A stretch of DNA of 64,000 nt from Octopus bimaculoides (GCF_001194135.2 NC_068994.1:46878871-46942870), one strand, 5' to 3'; positions 24,188 to 37,950 are shown, numbered from the stretch's first letter. Numbers and translations: made by a program. Notes: a model not told the origin generated them from the sequence alone.

Positions 24188-24473
24188 GAGAAGCTCCCCT
24201 GCCAGTGCCACTTGAGAAGCTCCCCTGCCAGTGCCACTTGAGAAGCTCCCCTGCCAGTGCCACTTGAGAAGCTCCCCTACCAGTGCCACTTGAGAAGCTC
24301 CCTTGCCAGTTCCGCTTGAGAAGCTCCCCTACCAGTGCCACTTGAGAAGCTCCCCTGCCAGTGTCACTTGAGAAGCTCCCCTGCCAGTGCCACTTGAGAA
24401 GCACCTGTGCCAGCGCCACTTGAGAAGCACCTGTGCCAGCGCCACTTGAGAAGCACCTGTGCCAGCGCCACTT
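24188..24473. repeat. 26-bp minisatellite, at least 11 copies (left side in an N gap)
   Basis: Unit gagaagctcccctgccagtgccactt; the last three copies are the variant gagaagcacctgtgccagcgccactt. Confidence 0.92.
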
Positions 24474-27400
24474 AAAAAGGCACCCATGCTGGTATTATGT
24501 ATAAAGCACTGGTGTTGTTACCATGTAAAAATAGGCCCAGTACATTCTGTAAAGTAGTTGGCATTAGGAAGGTCATCCAGCCCTAGAAACTATACCAAAA
24601 CAGACAATTGGAGCCTGGAAAACAGACATTAAATGATGATGATGATGATAACAACAATGATGAAGATGATGATGTGCCACCCCAGTGGCCAGTAGGAGTT
24701 ACATAAAACATCATAGCCAGAAATACAAGTTTTACATCCTTTATGATAATTCCCTTGACCAAAATGTAAACAACCATGCAGTTGATTTGAAAGAAGATAA
24801 AACTGAGATACGGTAGTCCCAGCGCATAGTTTATTTATAATAAATTTATGATTTCATTCTTTATTGCTATATACTGTCACAACATTGTGTTTACATGCAT
24901 AAAATCATACTTTTTTGCCTCTACAAAACCACTTTAAAATATCTTTCAAATAAGTATATGATTAAATACACTAAATTAGTTTCTCCATTTGTAAAATAGG
25001 GGTGCAGCTTATATGCAGCAAAATATGGTAATTAATAAAATTTCTTGGCTCACCATATTATATATGTTAGAACTGACATCACTGTTTATTTTTCATGCAG
25101 CAGGTGTCCCCATGTATGTCTCCCCACTCACACCAGTCACTCTACAGTGTGAGATCTCATGGTTATTGCTCTGTATTTTTCATGTTGTTTAGCTCCAGTT
25201 TAGCTTTGAAAGTGCAGGCCTATAATCAAAGCCATTACAGCCATGACCATCCCATCTTTTTTGTACATTGAAGATTATATAACATAATGTGTTCTTCCTT
25301 TAAGATGGTAGGGAGTGATTTAGGGAATGTACAGAGTGAACATTATCAATGTTTGCAGTTCTTTAGCCCTAGGTCCGCCCTGAATGAGAACAAAGCATTC
25401 TAGCAGTAACGTAGCTAGTGGGGAGGCATGATCCACTTGGGTGACACTTTTATGGAGACAGCCCACTCTGGGAGGAGCTTTTAAGGACATAGCACTTTTG
25501 GGTCTACTGTATAAGCCTGTACAGTGGGTAGAGGGGACAGCAAACTCAAGGGCTACCCCGAAGAGAACACACTCTAGATATAAAGTAACAGTAAAGTTAC
25601 CTTCTCGAGTCATGCTGGTTTCCCAGTTTCTATGGCATATGAATTCCCCACCAGGACGGGACGCCAGTCCATCAAAGGATTACTCATTTTTGCCAACTGA
25701 GTGGACTGGAGCAACATGAAATGAAATGTTTTGCCCAAGGACACAACACATCACCCAGTCCAGGAATCAAAACCACAATCTTATGACATGAGTGCAACAC
25801 CCTAACCACTAAGCCATACAGTTTCACACACTCTACCTATACCACTGCAATTTAGGCAGGGTTATCCCATCCCTTTTTTTTTTTCTTTCTTTCTTTACAC
25901 AGTGTATCTGGAATAGTGGTCCTTAACATAGACAGTAGCACCCACTTCGGGGTGTTGTGATCTCTTTAGTGGGTGGCAGATATCAAGAGGACACTGGGTG
26001 TTTAGAAGCATCATGATTTTTCTCAGAAATAAAATACTTAAACCAGGCGCAAAACTTATATTTCATCTTTTTAGCATTACTTTGCCAAATGTAATATTTA
26101 TTCACATTGTTTTGAATTATTCATGCATTGCCTTGTAGCGTTGATATTTCAATGACATGCTAGCTAATTTTTAAAGTAATATTGTAGGGTAAGTGTGAGA
26201 GAGGCCAGATCTGGTTGGTTTGTAGATAAAACTGGTCAGATATGGCCAGTTTAAATGCAAAAGAATTAAACATATTTTCAAAATAATCTTAATCAGGATA
26301 AGAATAGGAATAGAACATTGTTATCAGCTAGCGGAATCATGACAGACGACGAACCAAAATCCAATATAATTTCATTATATAAATAAGGCGGCAAACAGAC
26401 AGAATAGTTAACACATTGGACAAATTGCTGTGTGGCATTTCTTTGTTCTGCATTCAGATTCCATTGAAGTCAACTTTACCTTTCTTCCTTTTGAGATTGA
26501 TAAAACAAGTCCCAGTCGAGCAATGGGGTCGATGTAATTGATGTATCCCATACCCTAAAATTCCTGACCTTGTGCCAAAATTTGAAACCATTATTATATA
26601 AGTACCCAACATGTTTAGTTATTTTCATAAATATTTAATACAGGGGCCACTAGTCCATGCAGATATCTAAGAAGGGGTACATGCTGGATGCAATGGCATT
26701 TGGGACATAGAGATGGTAAAATCAGCTTTTGTTTGATTTAAAGTTATCTGTGGTGGAAACAAGGAAAGCACGAGTAAGTTAAGGTCCACAAAGCTGAGTT
26801 CGGAAAAAAAGGGGTTAGATGCTATAAACACAAACACCCACACTACTTGTGAGCTGTAAAGTGGGGGGAATACCATCCAGCTGTGTACCCTAGCATTTTC
26901 ACTACTGAAAATGAATTACTGCTTTGAGGGGGTTCCTTATTTTTTTTTTTTTTTTTAAAGGGGTTTTTGTAAAAAGCTATTCAGTAAAAAAAGGGGCACC
27001 AAGTTACAAAATGGTAAAAAAAAGCTGATCTAAAGCTACATAATATAAGGTGTCCTTGTTTTCTCAAGATTGTTGGACACAATTTTGTGGGTGATTTGGC
27101 AATCATTTCTAGTAAGTTGAATGATTAGACATAGACCCTCCATGGCTTGACATAAACTGCTGTGCTTAGTCCAAAGTCCTAACTCAACAAACCCACGAGC
27201 AAAGACATTGTAAACATTACCACCCCCATTAACACAACCATTATGTATCTTGGACTACATCACAAATGTAACATTCCTTTTATTTATTTTTTTTCGATGT
27301 TGTTTAACCCCCAGTTCGATCTGATTTATCAAAACAGACCAGCGGCCAAGGGCGTTCCAGCCATGACCATCTCGTTTATTTTTATTGATAAAAGACAATG

Positions 27401-28303
27401 GTGTCTTTCTTTTATTTAAGACGAAAGGATATGATTTAAGTGAGATTTAACTGTCATTTCTAAGAGGCCGAACGACAACATGGAGGTTATTTTGATGGAT
27501 CGACATTACAACTGCTGTTGTTTAGCCCCAGGTCAGCACTGACCGAGCAGATCTGCGATCAATGACAATTCTGTCTTTTCGGAATACATAATTAAATATA
27601 GCTTCCCTTTTTTTGTCTTAAGATACAAGGATGTGATTTGGTTGCTATTTCTAGCAGTACGAGAGACTACGTCGATTTTCCCATGTAGGCTCGTACCGTT
27701 GTTTAGCCCGGGGGATCGGCCTTCGTTATAGCAGACCTGTGACCAAAACTATGGAGCACCCGTCCCTTTAATTTTCTTTTTATTTTGTCAGGTATAATGT
27801 ATTTAATACAATATATAACACAGCCTCAGATGTGATTTACGAAAGATTTGGCTACTATTTCTAGTAGGTTTAAATGACTATGTAGAGACAGCCTTGTTGG
27901 CTCGTGGCTGGATTTTTTATTATGACAAGGGCTGTTAGGAGGTGGATATGAAAACAAAAAACCCATATTTACATACAGAATACAAATATATTTCGAAAAG
28001 AGAAGTGGGGAAAAAAACGTGTCTGTGACTGTGTGTGTGTGTATAAACAGAAAACACATTCAGTCATATACAGTTACCAGACATCTAAAATATACACTGG
28101 TGCATGCTTACATGTGCATATATTTACATACAAACAGAAACAGCCAGTTATATTCACAGACACCCACATCATACACGAGCTAATGAAGGCGACTATTACT
28201 TGGTCGATCATTCTGCTAGAAATAGTAACCAACTGTCCCTCGAAATGATGCTGTACAGACTTAAATAAATAAAAAAAAAGAATACATTGGACACTGTAGT
28301 CCC

Positions 28304-28335
<32 letters not shown>

Positions 28336-29221
28336 AAAAAAAAGAAAATGACAGAATGATCAGTTTGGAAGATCTTTCATCACAGATTTGCACGATCGGG
28401 CCTGACCTGGTGCTAAATAACAGCCATTCACAAACGTACACCTACAGTTTTACAAAACACACACAAAAAAAATAAGCGCATACATTTACATACATACGTA
28501 TACACCTTAATAAAACAAAGGGCTATATACACATACATACATATAAATTCTCGTACACACTGTATAATATATATATATATATACACAATGATATATATAT
28601 ATATATTGAAGAAAGTAGTGGTGGTGGTGGTGGTGTCACAGCATGGCTTTAGCAGTCATGACTAAAATAAACTACAGAACCCCATATTTACAANNNNNNN
28701 NNNNNNNNNNNNNNNNNNNNNNNNNNNNNNNNNNNNNNNNNNNNNNNNNNNNNNNNNNNNNNNNNNNNNNNNNNNCTGCCTTCTAAGTTTTGTCTAATAA
28801 CAAAAACGGTAAAAGACTTTTTCGGGTATTAAGCAATCACGAAACATACTGTTCATTTCTTTTTCTTTTTCTTTTTTTACGGGTGTTGTTTTAGGGAAAA
28901 CTAAATTAAATTAGGAATTATAAGAAAAAAAAAAAAAAATTGATCGGGATACATTTTCAAAAGAATCTTTACATCAAAGATGTACTTTTAGACGCGATTT
29001 GGCTGTCTTTAAGTTTGGTTGTTGTTTTTGGACCCAAACTTAAAAACATCATTACACAAATTAAAATTATTGTTGAAAAAAATATATCACAATTTAAACA
29101 ACCTGTATTTCTTATTTTTGTAATTAACACCTTCCACGCACACACATACGCACAGAAAAACTTTTTTTTAAAAGGAATTTTAGAAAATATGTGAAGTAAA
29201 ATAAAAAATTCTAAGACTCAC

Positions 29222-29640
29222 TTGCTTTCTTTCTTTTTTTCCAGTAAAATAACTTGAGATCAAAACGTGTTCTTTTCACTCAGCAGGTGCGATATTACAT
29301 ATACATATATATATATAATAATCTATATTAGAGAGTGAGAGACAGGGAAAGATGGAAGTTGATAAAAAGATAACTGCATGTAGATATTCAACGATGGCAG
29401 AAGCGAGAGAGATGCTGATTATACAGAAGTAAACAGAGACATCGAATGTGTTAAAACGTCATGACAGGATCGAATCTAGGTCCAGGGAGTACGAGAGAAG
29501 TAATCAGTGTAGGTCTTTTGAAAAAATGCCATTTGCTGTCGTCAGCGTCGCGCGAACCACGCTTCTGTCTTTCTTTTTTTTTTTTTAGATTTTTTTTCTT
29601 TTTTCTCACACTGTCAATCTCCGGTACACGGTACCACCGA
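29222..29640 (-). promoter_or_regulatory. Candidate non-coding first exon / promoter of the PR/SET-PLAG gene
   Basis: Locally CpG-rich (cgtcagcgtcgcgcgaaccacgc), with a strong minus-strand donor AA|gtgagt at 29222/29221. The 5' boundary is uncertain. Confidence 0.35.
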
Positions 29641-29678
29641 AGAGCCTGTAATACATAGCCAATATATACAGAGTAACC

Positions 29679-29714
<36 letters not shown>

Positions 29715-30374
29715 ATACAAATATATGCGTTTGTGCTGTTATATGTGTGTATACAAATATATGTATTTATTTACATATATATATTTGTATACATACATTT
29801 ACTGGTCAGCGATACGGTTTCCAGATGTCACAAGAATCGTGTAAGAAAACACTAATAAAAAAACAAATAAAAAAAGAATGTTTCTAAAAAAACGAGAGAA
29901 ATGATAACGAGGAAGAAGGGATTTCCCAAATAAAGTATATATTATTCTCTCTCTCTCTCTTTATTCCTCTCTTTGTTTTTCTCTCTGTCTTTCTCTATAT
30001 ATCTAATTGCTAACTTCAGTTGCTTACATTAGTTACTTCCCTTGATGGCCGCTCTTTTACACTTGGGTGGAAAAACAGACACTATCCCCTCCCCTCTCTT
30101 GTTTGCTTTTATATTATGTTTCTTAAAAGAAACTTTCCGAAGTTGGGAGAAACTTTTTTTTCTTGAACAACTTCTTTTTCTCTTTTTTCATTTTTTTTTC
30201 CTGTTTTATTCTTCTGGTATTTTTATAACGTCTAAAACCTTTATGGTCAAATAACCACTAATAAAAAATCGCGCGTGTATATATATATATATATATATAT
30301 TTCGTTTTTGGATTTGGTTTGCAAGACTTTTTATGTGAGTACGTGTGTTGAAGCATATTCTGTTGTGTCTGGGG

Positions 30375-30605
30375 AGAGTCATTTTCTAATCGTGCCTTAA
30401 AATTTAACACACACACACCGTTAAAATTTCCACTTATTATTTTTATTTTCCTAAAATTTTCGTTGCGTCTTGCAACCTTTTGACAGAGTCAAAACTATTG
30501 AAAAGGTTGCAAGACGCAACGAAAATTTTAGGAAAATAAAAATAATAAGTGGAAATTTTAACGATGCGTGTGTTAAATTTTAAGGCACGAAAAGAAAATG
30601 ACTCT
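30375..30605. repeat. AT-rich fold-back (MITE-like) element, right end truncated by an N gap
   Basis: agagtcattttct...ttgcaacctttt / aaaaggttgcaa...agaaaatgactct, arms about 105 bp. Confidence 0.85.
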
Positions 30606-30665
30606 NNNNNNNNNNNNNNNNNNNNNNNNNNNNNNNNNNNNNNNNNNNNNNNNNNNNNNNNNTAT

Positions 30666-30880
30666 GGTACTACTAAAGCAGCGCGGACCCGAACGCGCAG
30701 TCGCGCGTCCGCGCTAGCTAGTCTTGAGTGGTCGATCCTAACCCTAACCCTAACCCTAACCCTGTCCCTAACCCTAACCCTAACCCGCGTGTGCAAATGA
30801 ATACGTGTTTAGGGTTAGGGTTAGGATCGACCACTCACGACTAGCTAGCGCGTTCGGGTCCGCACTGCTTTAGTAGTACC
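30666..30880. repeat. Fold-back element containing (CCCTAA)n and (TTAGGG)n repeats
   Basis: Arms ggtactactaaagcagcgcggacccgaacgcgc...gagtggtcgatcctaaccc and their reverse complement; telomere-type repeats at 30737-30786 and 30810-30825. Confidence 0.88.
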
Positions 30881-32999
30881 TATATATATATATATTACAT
30901 ATATTCATTTTAAAATCCCCTCTTCCATGCTCGCATGGTTTGGACGAAATTTGCTGAAGCGGATTTTCAATAGCCGGATGCCCCTCCTGTCGCCGAACCT
31001 TACCTATTTCCAAGTACAGTCATATTTCCCATGAACGGACGATATTCTTTGATAGAAGGGTGGAAATAAAGGGCACTGCTTGCATAATACTTATTTAGAT
31101 TATCAAATAAAGAGGAATATAACGAAAAACAAAAGGGTGGAAATTAGAATTGAGGGATATGGGAGGTAGTAATTCCTAACTTAGCAAATTTATCATATTA
31201 AATGGAGAAAATTTTAAAATCAATATATAGAAAAAGGATAGATATTAAACTTCAAACCTAATAATGGGATACTTTAATATATAAGAAAATTATTAAGGCC
31301 TTTCCTAAGTACACTGTTAAGGTGGTCATGATAAAACCATTCTACAATGAATGTATAACTGAAATAAATTATCATCTGAGTAGGAATACATAGTATATAT
31401 TGAAGCAATAACAAGGACTATTTTCTTCATTATGGGTAGATACATATATCGAAAACATGGAATCAAATATAAGGGGTAATTGAATTAAAGGTATACCACT
31501 CCTTTATCTTGACCCCCTCCCCCACTATTTTTCCTCTGCTACTCTCGTTTAACATCCGTTTTCCATGCTGGCATGGGTTGGATGGTTTGACTGAGGACTG
31601 GCGCGCAAGATGGCTGCACCAGGCTCCAATCTGATCTCGCAGAGTTTCAACAGCTGGATGCCCTTCCTAACGCCAACCACTCCGCGAGTGTAGTGGGTGC
31701 TTTTACGTGCCACCGGCACCAGGGCCAGTCCAGCGGCACTGGTAACGACCTCGCTTTGGCACACGTGCCAGTGAGGCGTCGCTGATAACGATCACGCTCA
31801 AATGGTGCTTTTTACGAACCGCCAGTCAGCAGCCCTGGCAACGATTACATTTGGATGGTGCTCTTATATAAATGAAGGTAGAAAATTATTGTAAGCAATT
31901 GGAATAAAAATTTAAAATTTTTCTTTTTTTCTTTTTTAGTATTGTGACATTCATATTAAAAAGAACCAAAAAAAANNNNNNNNNNNNNNNNNNNNNNNNN
32001 NNNNNNNNNNNNNNNNNNNNNNNNNNNNNNNNNNNNNNNNNNNNNNNNNNNNNNNNNNNNNNNNNNNNNNNNNNNNNNNNNNNNNNNNNNNNNNNNNNNN
32101 NNNNNNNNNNNNNNNNNNNNNNNNNNNNNNNNNNNNNNNNNNNNNNNNNNNNNNNNNNNNNNNNNNNNNNNNNNNNNNNNNNNNNNNNNNNNNNNNNNNN
32201 NNNNNNNNNNNNNNNNNNNNNNNNNNNNNNNNNNNNNNNNNNNNNNNNNNNNNNNNNNNNNNNNNNNNNNNNNNNNNNNNNNNNNNNNNNNNNNNNNNNN
32301 NNNNNNNNNNNNNNNNNNNNNNNNNNNNNNNNNNNNNNNNNNNNNNNNNNNNNNNNNNNNNNNNNNNNNNNNNNNNNNNNNNNNNNNNNNNNNNNNNNNN
32401 NNNNNNNNNNNNNNNNNNNNNNNNNNNNNNNNNNNNNNNNNNNNNNNNNNNNNNNNNNNNNNNNNNNNNNNNNNNNNNNNNNNNNNNNNNNNNNNNNNNN
32501 NNNNNNNNNNNNNNNNNNNNNNNNNNNNNNNNNNNNNNNNNNNNNNNNNNNNNNNNNNNNNNNNNNNNNNNNNNNNNNNNNNNNNNNNNNNNNNNNNNNT
32601 GGAGCAACATGAAGTAAAGTGTCTTGCTCAAGAACTCAACACACAGCCTGGTTTGGGAATCGAACTCACTACCTCATGATTGTGAGCCCAACCACTCTAT
32701 CCACCGGGCCACGTAGCTTCACTAGATAGCATCACACTGTCTTTTATTTTTAAGCATATATATTAGAGCTGGAGAAAAATAAATAAAAATAAAAGACAGA
32801 TAAGATCGCGCAGTGTTTTGCTTTTTATTTTTCTCTAACCCTAAAATATCTGGAACTGAATTATTAGATGTGCCATCACCCATTTTTTTTTTTTTTAAGA
32901 TGGTAGGATATGATATGAATGAGAGGCATCCTCCACTCTGATTTTGTTTCCTCCTAACTTTCATTAAAATGGATATTTTTCTTTTATGAAATTTTCTAT

Positions 33000-33366
33000 G
33001 GCTGTATGGTAAAAAGTTTACTTCCCAACCACACGGTCCCGGGTTCAGTCCCACTGCGTGACACCTTGGGCGAATGTTTTCTACTGTAGCCTCAGGCCGA
33101 CCAAAGCCTTGTGACGGAAACTGAAAGAAGCTCGTCGTATATATGTGTGTGTGTATCAGTCTTTGTCCCCACCACACCTTGACAACCGGTGTTGGTGTAT
33201 TTACGTCCCCGTAGCTTAATGTGTCTCTGTATCTTCGGCAAAAGATTCCGATAGAATAAGTACCAGGCTTTAAAAAAAAAGTACTGGGTCGAGTCATTCG
33301 ACTAAAAGTTCTTCAAGGCGGTGCCCCAGTATGGCCGCAGTCTAATGACTGAAACAAGTAAAAGAT
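33000..33366 (+). mobile_element. Copy of the same SINE family (internal deletion)
   Basis: Collinear with 52757-53148, lacking part of the gtgagtggatttggtag segment. Confidence 0.8.
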
Positions 33367-34842
33367 ACCTTTCAAACGGTATAGACTATGATTATATATG
33401 AATCTAATGTGAGAAAGAAAAAAAAAAGAAAAACTGGTGTGCGCGCGTCAGTTTTTTTTTTTTTTTTCTCACGTCAAATTCCGATATAATCGTAATCTAC
33501 ACCATTTGAACGGTATCTGTAGAAAATTTCATTGAAAAATTATTCATTCTTCTGAAAGCAATGAAGAAACAATGTCTGAAGGGGCACACTTGTGTAGGTA
33601 TGCCTGGGGTGGGGAGAGATTTAGTTACTATTTCTAGCAGATTGAGCGACCACGTATAAGCTCCCTTCGTTTGTTCTAATTCTGTGGTTGTTAAACACAA
33701 CTGAGATAAATCTCTGCTGAGACGTGCTAATTTTACGGTGTTAATTAACAAAGTGACCCGCTCTAAATATTAATCCGAACACATGATTTCCATTCGTACT
33801 ATTTCGAAAGTAAATGCAGTGTAATCTTGTCAGTGAGAAGACAGCAATTTAAATTCTCGCCCATTTTCATTTTAGACTCTAGGTCCTAGAGCCCCCCTCT
33901 ACCTCTACGCAGCTGCTTGACCTGCTAGAAATATCAGCCGAACCATATCTTTAATCTCATACCTTACCGTCTAAAAATAAGGTAGGCCACATCGAAGAAT
34001 TTAATACTAGATACATTTACGCTTGAGAAAAAACGGGATAGTCGTGGTTGGAACACCTTTGATGATAAATCTACTCGACTGATGTAGACCCGGGGATAAC
34101 CAACCATTAGTATTGATAGTGGATAAAGGTACTGAAATGCAGTGCAATCACCTAGAGGTTATGAGTTCAATCCCAGGCAAGGCACTAAGTGAGTCACAAG
34201 ACACCTGAAGAAAGCCGGAGCGTATAACAGCCGAAATGTAGGGGAAAAGCAACAACCAAGATGAAAACGCCACTCTGACTAATACATTATATGGAAATAT
34301 TTACATTATTAATTCAGCTGAGGTCAACTTTACCTTTCATCCCCCGGGGGCGATAACATTAAAAGTACCATTAGGGTCGATGCAATTGTCTAACCCCATC
34401 CTGCCTCCAATAAAAAAAATTGCTGGTGTTGCGCCTAACTCGGGAATCATTATTTGCCAAAATAACTCAGAATTAATTCTTTTTGGCATTTAATTATTCA
34501 ATCCCGCAGTTGTGTAACTATCTGAACCAAAGATCGCCAAAATCTACTTTAAAAATAATTATTTTTAAGTGCTATTTTGTTTTCTTCTTTAAATATACAT
34601 TTAGAAAATAATTCAAGTATTTTATTTCTCTCATATTAAGTGAAACTTAGGGACGGGTGGTAGGGAGAGATTTTCCTTCGTTTTCCTATCTAATTCTTTA
34701 TTTTGCGTCTACACAGAACATCTTCAGTTGGGGGAGTATTTTAGTGTGAACACAACGCTCCATGCAGTAGTAATTTGTGTCATTCGCGACCTGGCGGTTC
34801 CATCCATGCAACGGAGCAGCAAATCATAATTATTTTGTTCCA

Positions 34843-34977
34843 ATGTCATTACCAAAAGATGAAGAAAAGCTGGAAACGGAACCTGGCCGTTTAACGAACT
34901 CAAACCATGCCAAGAAAAAAACTAAAGGCAGACAATTCACCAGAGCCCACAATGAAGAAACTAACCCTTGTGTCAGA
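34843..34977 (+). CDS. CHCHD7: CHCHD7 (COX23 family) coding exon 1 of 3
   Basis: MSLPKDEEK...NEETNPCVR ends with the NPC motif of CHCHD7 (human DINPCLSE). Donor AGA|gtaagt, phase 0. Confidence 0.85.
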
Positions 34978-37439
34978 GTAAGTTAATTAACTTCTCACAG
35001 TCAACTGTTGGTAACGAATTGTTTGCGCCTCTAAGTGGTTACCCGACCTCCTAGAAATAACCATAAAATCTTGAAATCGCATACAACCGTCTTGAAAAAA
35101 GAGGGAGTGATACATTGGATAATGTATATTCCATTATAGGCTTGCTTGCTTACTCTGTCAGAATTGACTCTTGGCTAAACAATCGTAAACTTCAGTTACT
35201 TTAATTCTTCATCTGGAATAGCACTGATTTTTAAATGTGAATCCACAAATGCACAGTCTCACAAAAAGAAAATTCTTATTATTCTATCCTTATATAAACA
35301 CTTATATTTTCAAAAGATATTTCAATTAGTTGACTTTGCCGTTAATTTTATCCCCTCAATTATCCTGTAATTGCGGGATAAGTAATTAATAAAATGGGAA
35401 CAAGTATTAAGGACGATTGATCTCGGTTGACCTTCAACCACTAGTCTTTTAATAAATAATCTTTATTATTGTTGTTGTTTCGAACGGAGATATAACGGCA
35501 CTGTTATTGAGGTTCTCGATGTATTACATAATTGTAGATGAAAGTTGGCGCCGGGCGATCTTGAAGTAAAGCGTACCTCAGTAAAGAAACGAACTAGCTT
35601 TCATATTTCTTAAAGATTTTCATCAGTAATTTATTATATTTTACATTTGATGGTGTCCTCTCGATCTGTAGTTTTCAGTGTGGTGAGATATTTCAGACAA
35701 ATAGCGAATTAAGTTGTAAATGTCTATCGTCCATATAGTAAGGCTGATAAGAAGACGAGCTGGCAGAACTGTTACCGCGCCGGTTAAAATGGTTAGTGGC
35801 ATTTCATCCGGCTCTTTACGTTCTGAGATCAAATTCCGCCGGAGTCAACTTTGGTGTCGATAAGATAAAATATCAATGAAGTAGTGAGGTCGATTTAATG
35901 ATCTTCCCTTTCTCCCAAACTGGTGACCTTTTACCAAAATTTGAAATCATTTAAGAAAACTGTTTTATTAATAAACTGTTTGTTTTCTCTCTCTATCTAT
36001 GTCTACCTATCTCTATCTGTCTCTCTATCTATCTCTTTATTTCTCATCATCTCTCGCAAGTAAAGAACTTGGTGAAATTTCTTTATTGCAAGAGCATTCA
36101 TTTGTGTAGCTGGCAAAAATGATTACAAATTTTGTTTTATTCTCTTGGATCGCTATGTGTTTTCCATTCTGTTTTCTGCTCAAATATCACCAGTTCATCT
36201 ATGCTATTTTATCCTTTTTTATCCTTCCGACAGTCAAGATATGAGAGGGCATTGGCAGAGATAGGGAATGAAAGAGGTGTTAAAGGGTGGAGTATAGTAG
36301 AGAGGTGAAAGCATGGTTGGTGGACGATAGTGAAGAATGGAAGGGTTTTTTTTAACCCTTTAATAATCAAATTACTTTGTCAGGTGTAATGCTTACCTAT
36401 TTACATTGTTTCAAATTTATCCTGCATTATTTTGTAGCCTTGAAATTTCATTTATGTGATTGTTTATTTTAGATTACCATTGTGGGGTAGATATGAGAGG
36501 CTTGAACCTGGCCAGTTTAAACACAAAACAGGTACAATATTTTGGCTGGATGTGGCCAGTTTAAACACTAATGGGTCAAGACATAATGTATATATTTTAG
36601 GGACCTCATCAGACCTTACAGGTACCTCATACACTCTACCTATACCCACTACAGGTCATTAGGTATCAACATTTACTCACCTCTTACTATCCACTACTCT
36701 CTCACCCCAATCCTTCCTAGTACTGGTGCCTTAATTAAATGCCCCTAGTAAACTCTGCAAAACAGTTGGTGTTAGGAAAGGCATCTAGCTGTTAAAGCAA
36801 GCCAAAAATTGAACTTCGGTTCTCTAACCCATCTCACAAAGCAGAAGAGTCTCATCCAACCTCTGCCAGTATGGAAAGCAAACATATAACGATGATGATA
36901 ATGATGTTTCTAGGATTACATTACCAAATGAGTCCTTTAAGATGACTGAATGTGATTTGATGGAGATTTAGCTGCTATGTCTTTCAGATAAAGCAACTAT
37001 TGAGACTCTTTTTTTGGCTAACATTTACTCACAGATCCTAGGATCAGACACAAAGGAATTGCGAAAGGTAGACTTAGTTGGAGCAGTGCAACAGTTGTTG
37101 TTCTTGTGCATTTATTTCTGGTTATTATGCATTTTGGTATTTTGTTTGGCACTAAAGGGATATTTTATGCTTCTGTTATTTTTGTTTTGTATGTATTTTT
37201 TTTTTATGTTTGTCTGGGTCAGTTATTCTCAAAGGAAGTTATAACAACCCATTTGGGACTTTATAGAAAATTGAAAAATAAGCAAGCATCTATACCTTTA
37301 CACCAAAGATTGATACAGCTGATGGGAGAAGAGTAAAAAATTGTCTCACCAGTGGCATGTAAAAAACACCTTTCAAGGGTTAGGCCCCATGGAGGCAATG
37401 ACAAATGACCAAGACCTTTCATAATATGCCATGCTTAAG

Positions 37440-37695
37440 AAGAAGACCATCAAGCCAAGTGAAACCATAGTCGTGGCAGATACTGGTGTCACACAACAGG
37501 CAGCTGTGTCCGGTGGCACATAAAAGTACCCACTACACTCTTGGAGTGGTTGGCATTAGGAAGGGCATCCAGCCATAGAAACCATGCCAAAACAGACACA
37601 TGGAGCTTTGTGCTGCACCCTGCCTTACCAGCCCTGGTCAAACTGTCCAACCCATGCCAGCATGGATAACGGACGTTAAATGATGATGATGATGG
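37440..37695 (+). mobile_element. 3' end of an RTE-type retroelement with (GAT)n tail (representative copy)
   Basis: ggagtggttggcattaggaagggcatccagcc...ggacgttaaatgatgatgat. About 20 related copies on both strands (e.g. 31546-31860, 46740-46990, 50782-51150). The clade assignment comes from recall of RTE 3' ends. Confidence 0.65.
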
Positions 37696-37950
37696 TGTGT
37701 TGATGATTTTACAAGCTGAAAAGAGGCATTTTAGCAAAAAATGGTTGTTGAGAACAACCGGTCTGAGCTGAGCAGATGAGACCTTGTTTGTGAATGTCTA
37801 AACTGGACGGAAGTGCCTGTACAGTGTTGCATTAGTGTTATAGATTCTTATATATCATTTTAAGCAGGTATGTTTGGTTTAAAAACAAAACAAAGAAATA
37901 GCAATAATTCAGATTTTAAATTCTTTCTTTTTTTTTTTTTACTTCTACAG

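Noticed and set aside
22188-24419. Long ORFs containing X runs (also at 31944-32631, 44373-44999, 60168-60602 and 63042-63652)
   Set aside because: Artefacts of translating through N gaps and (TA)n repeats.
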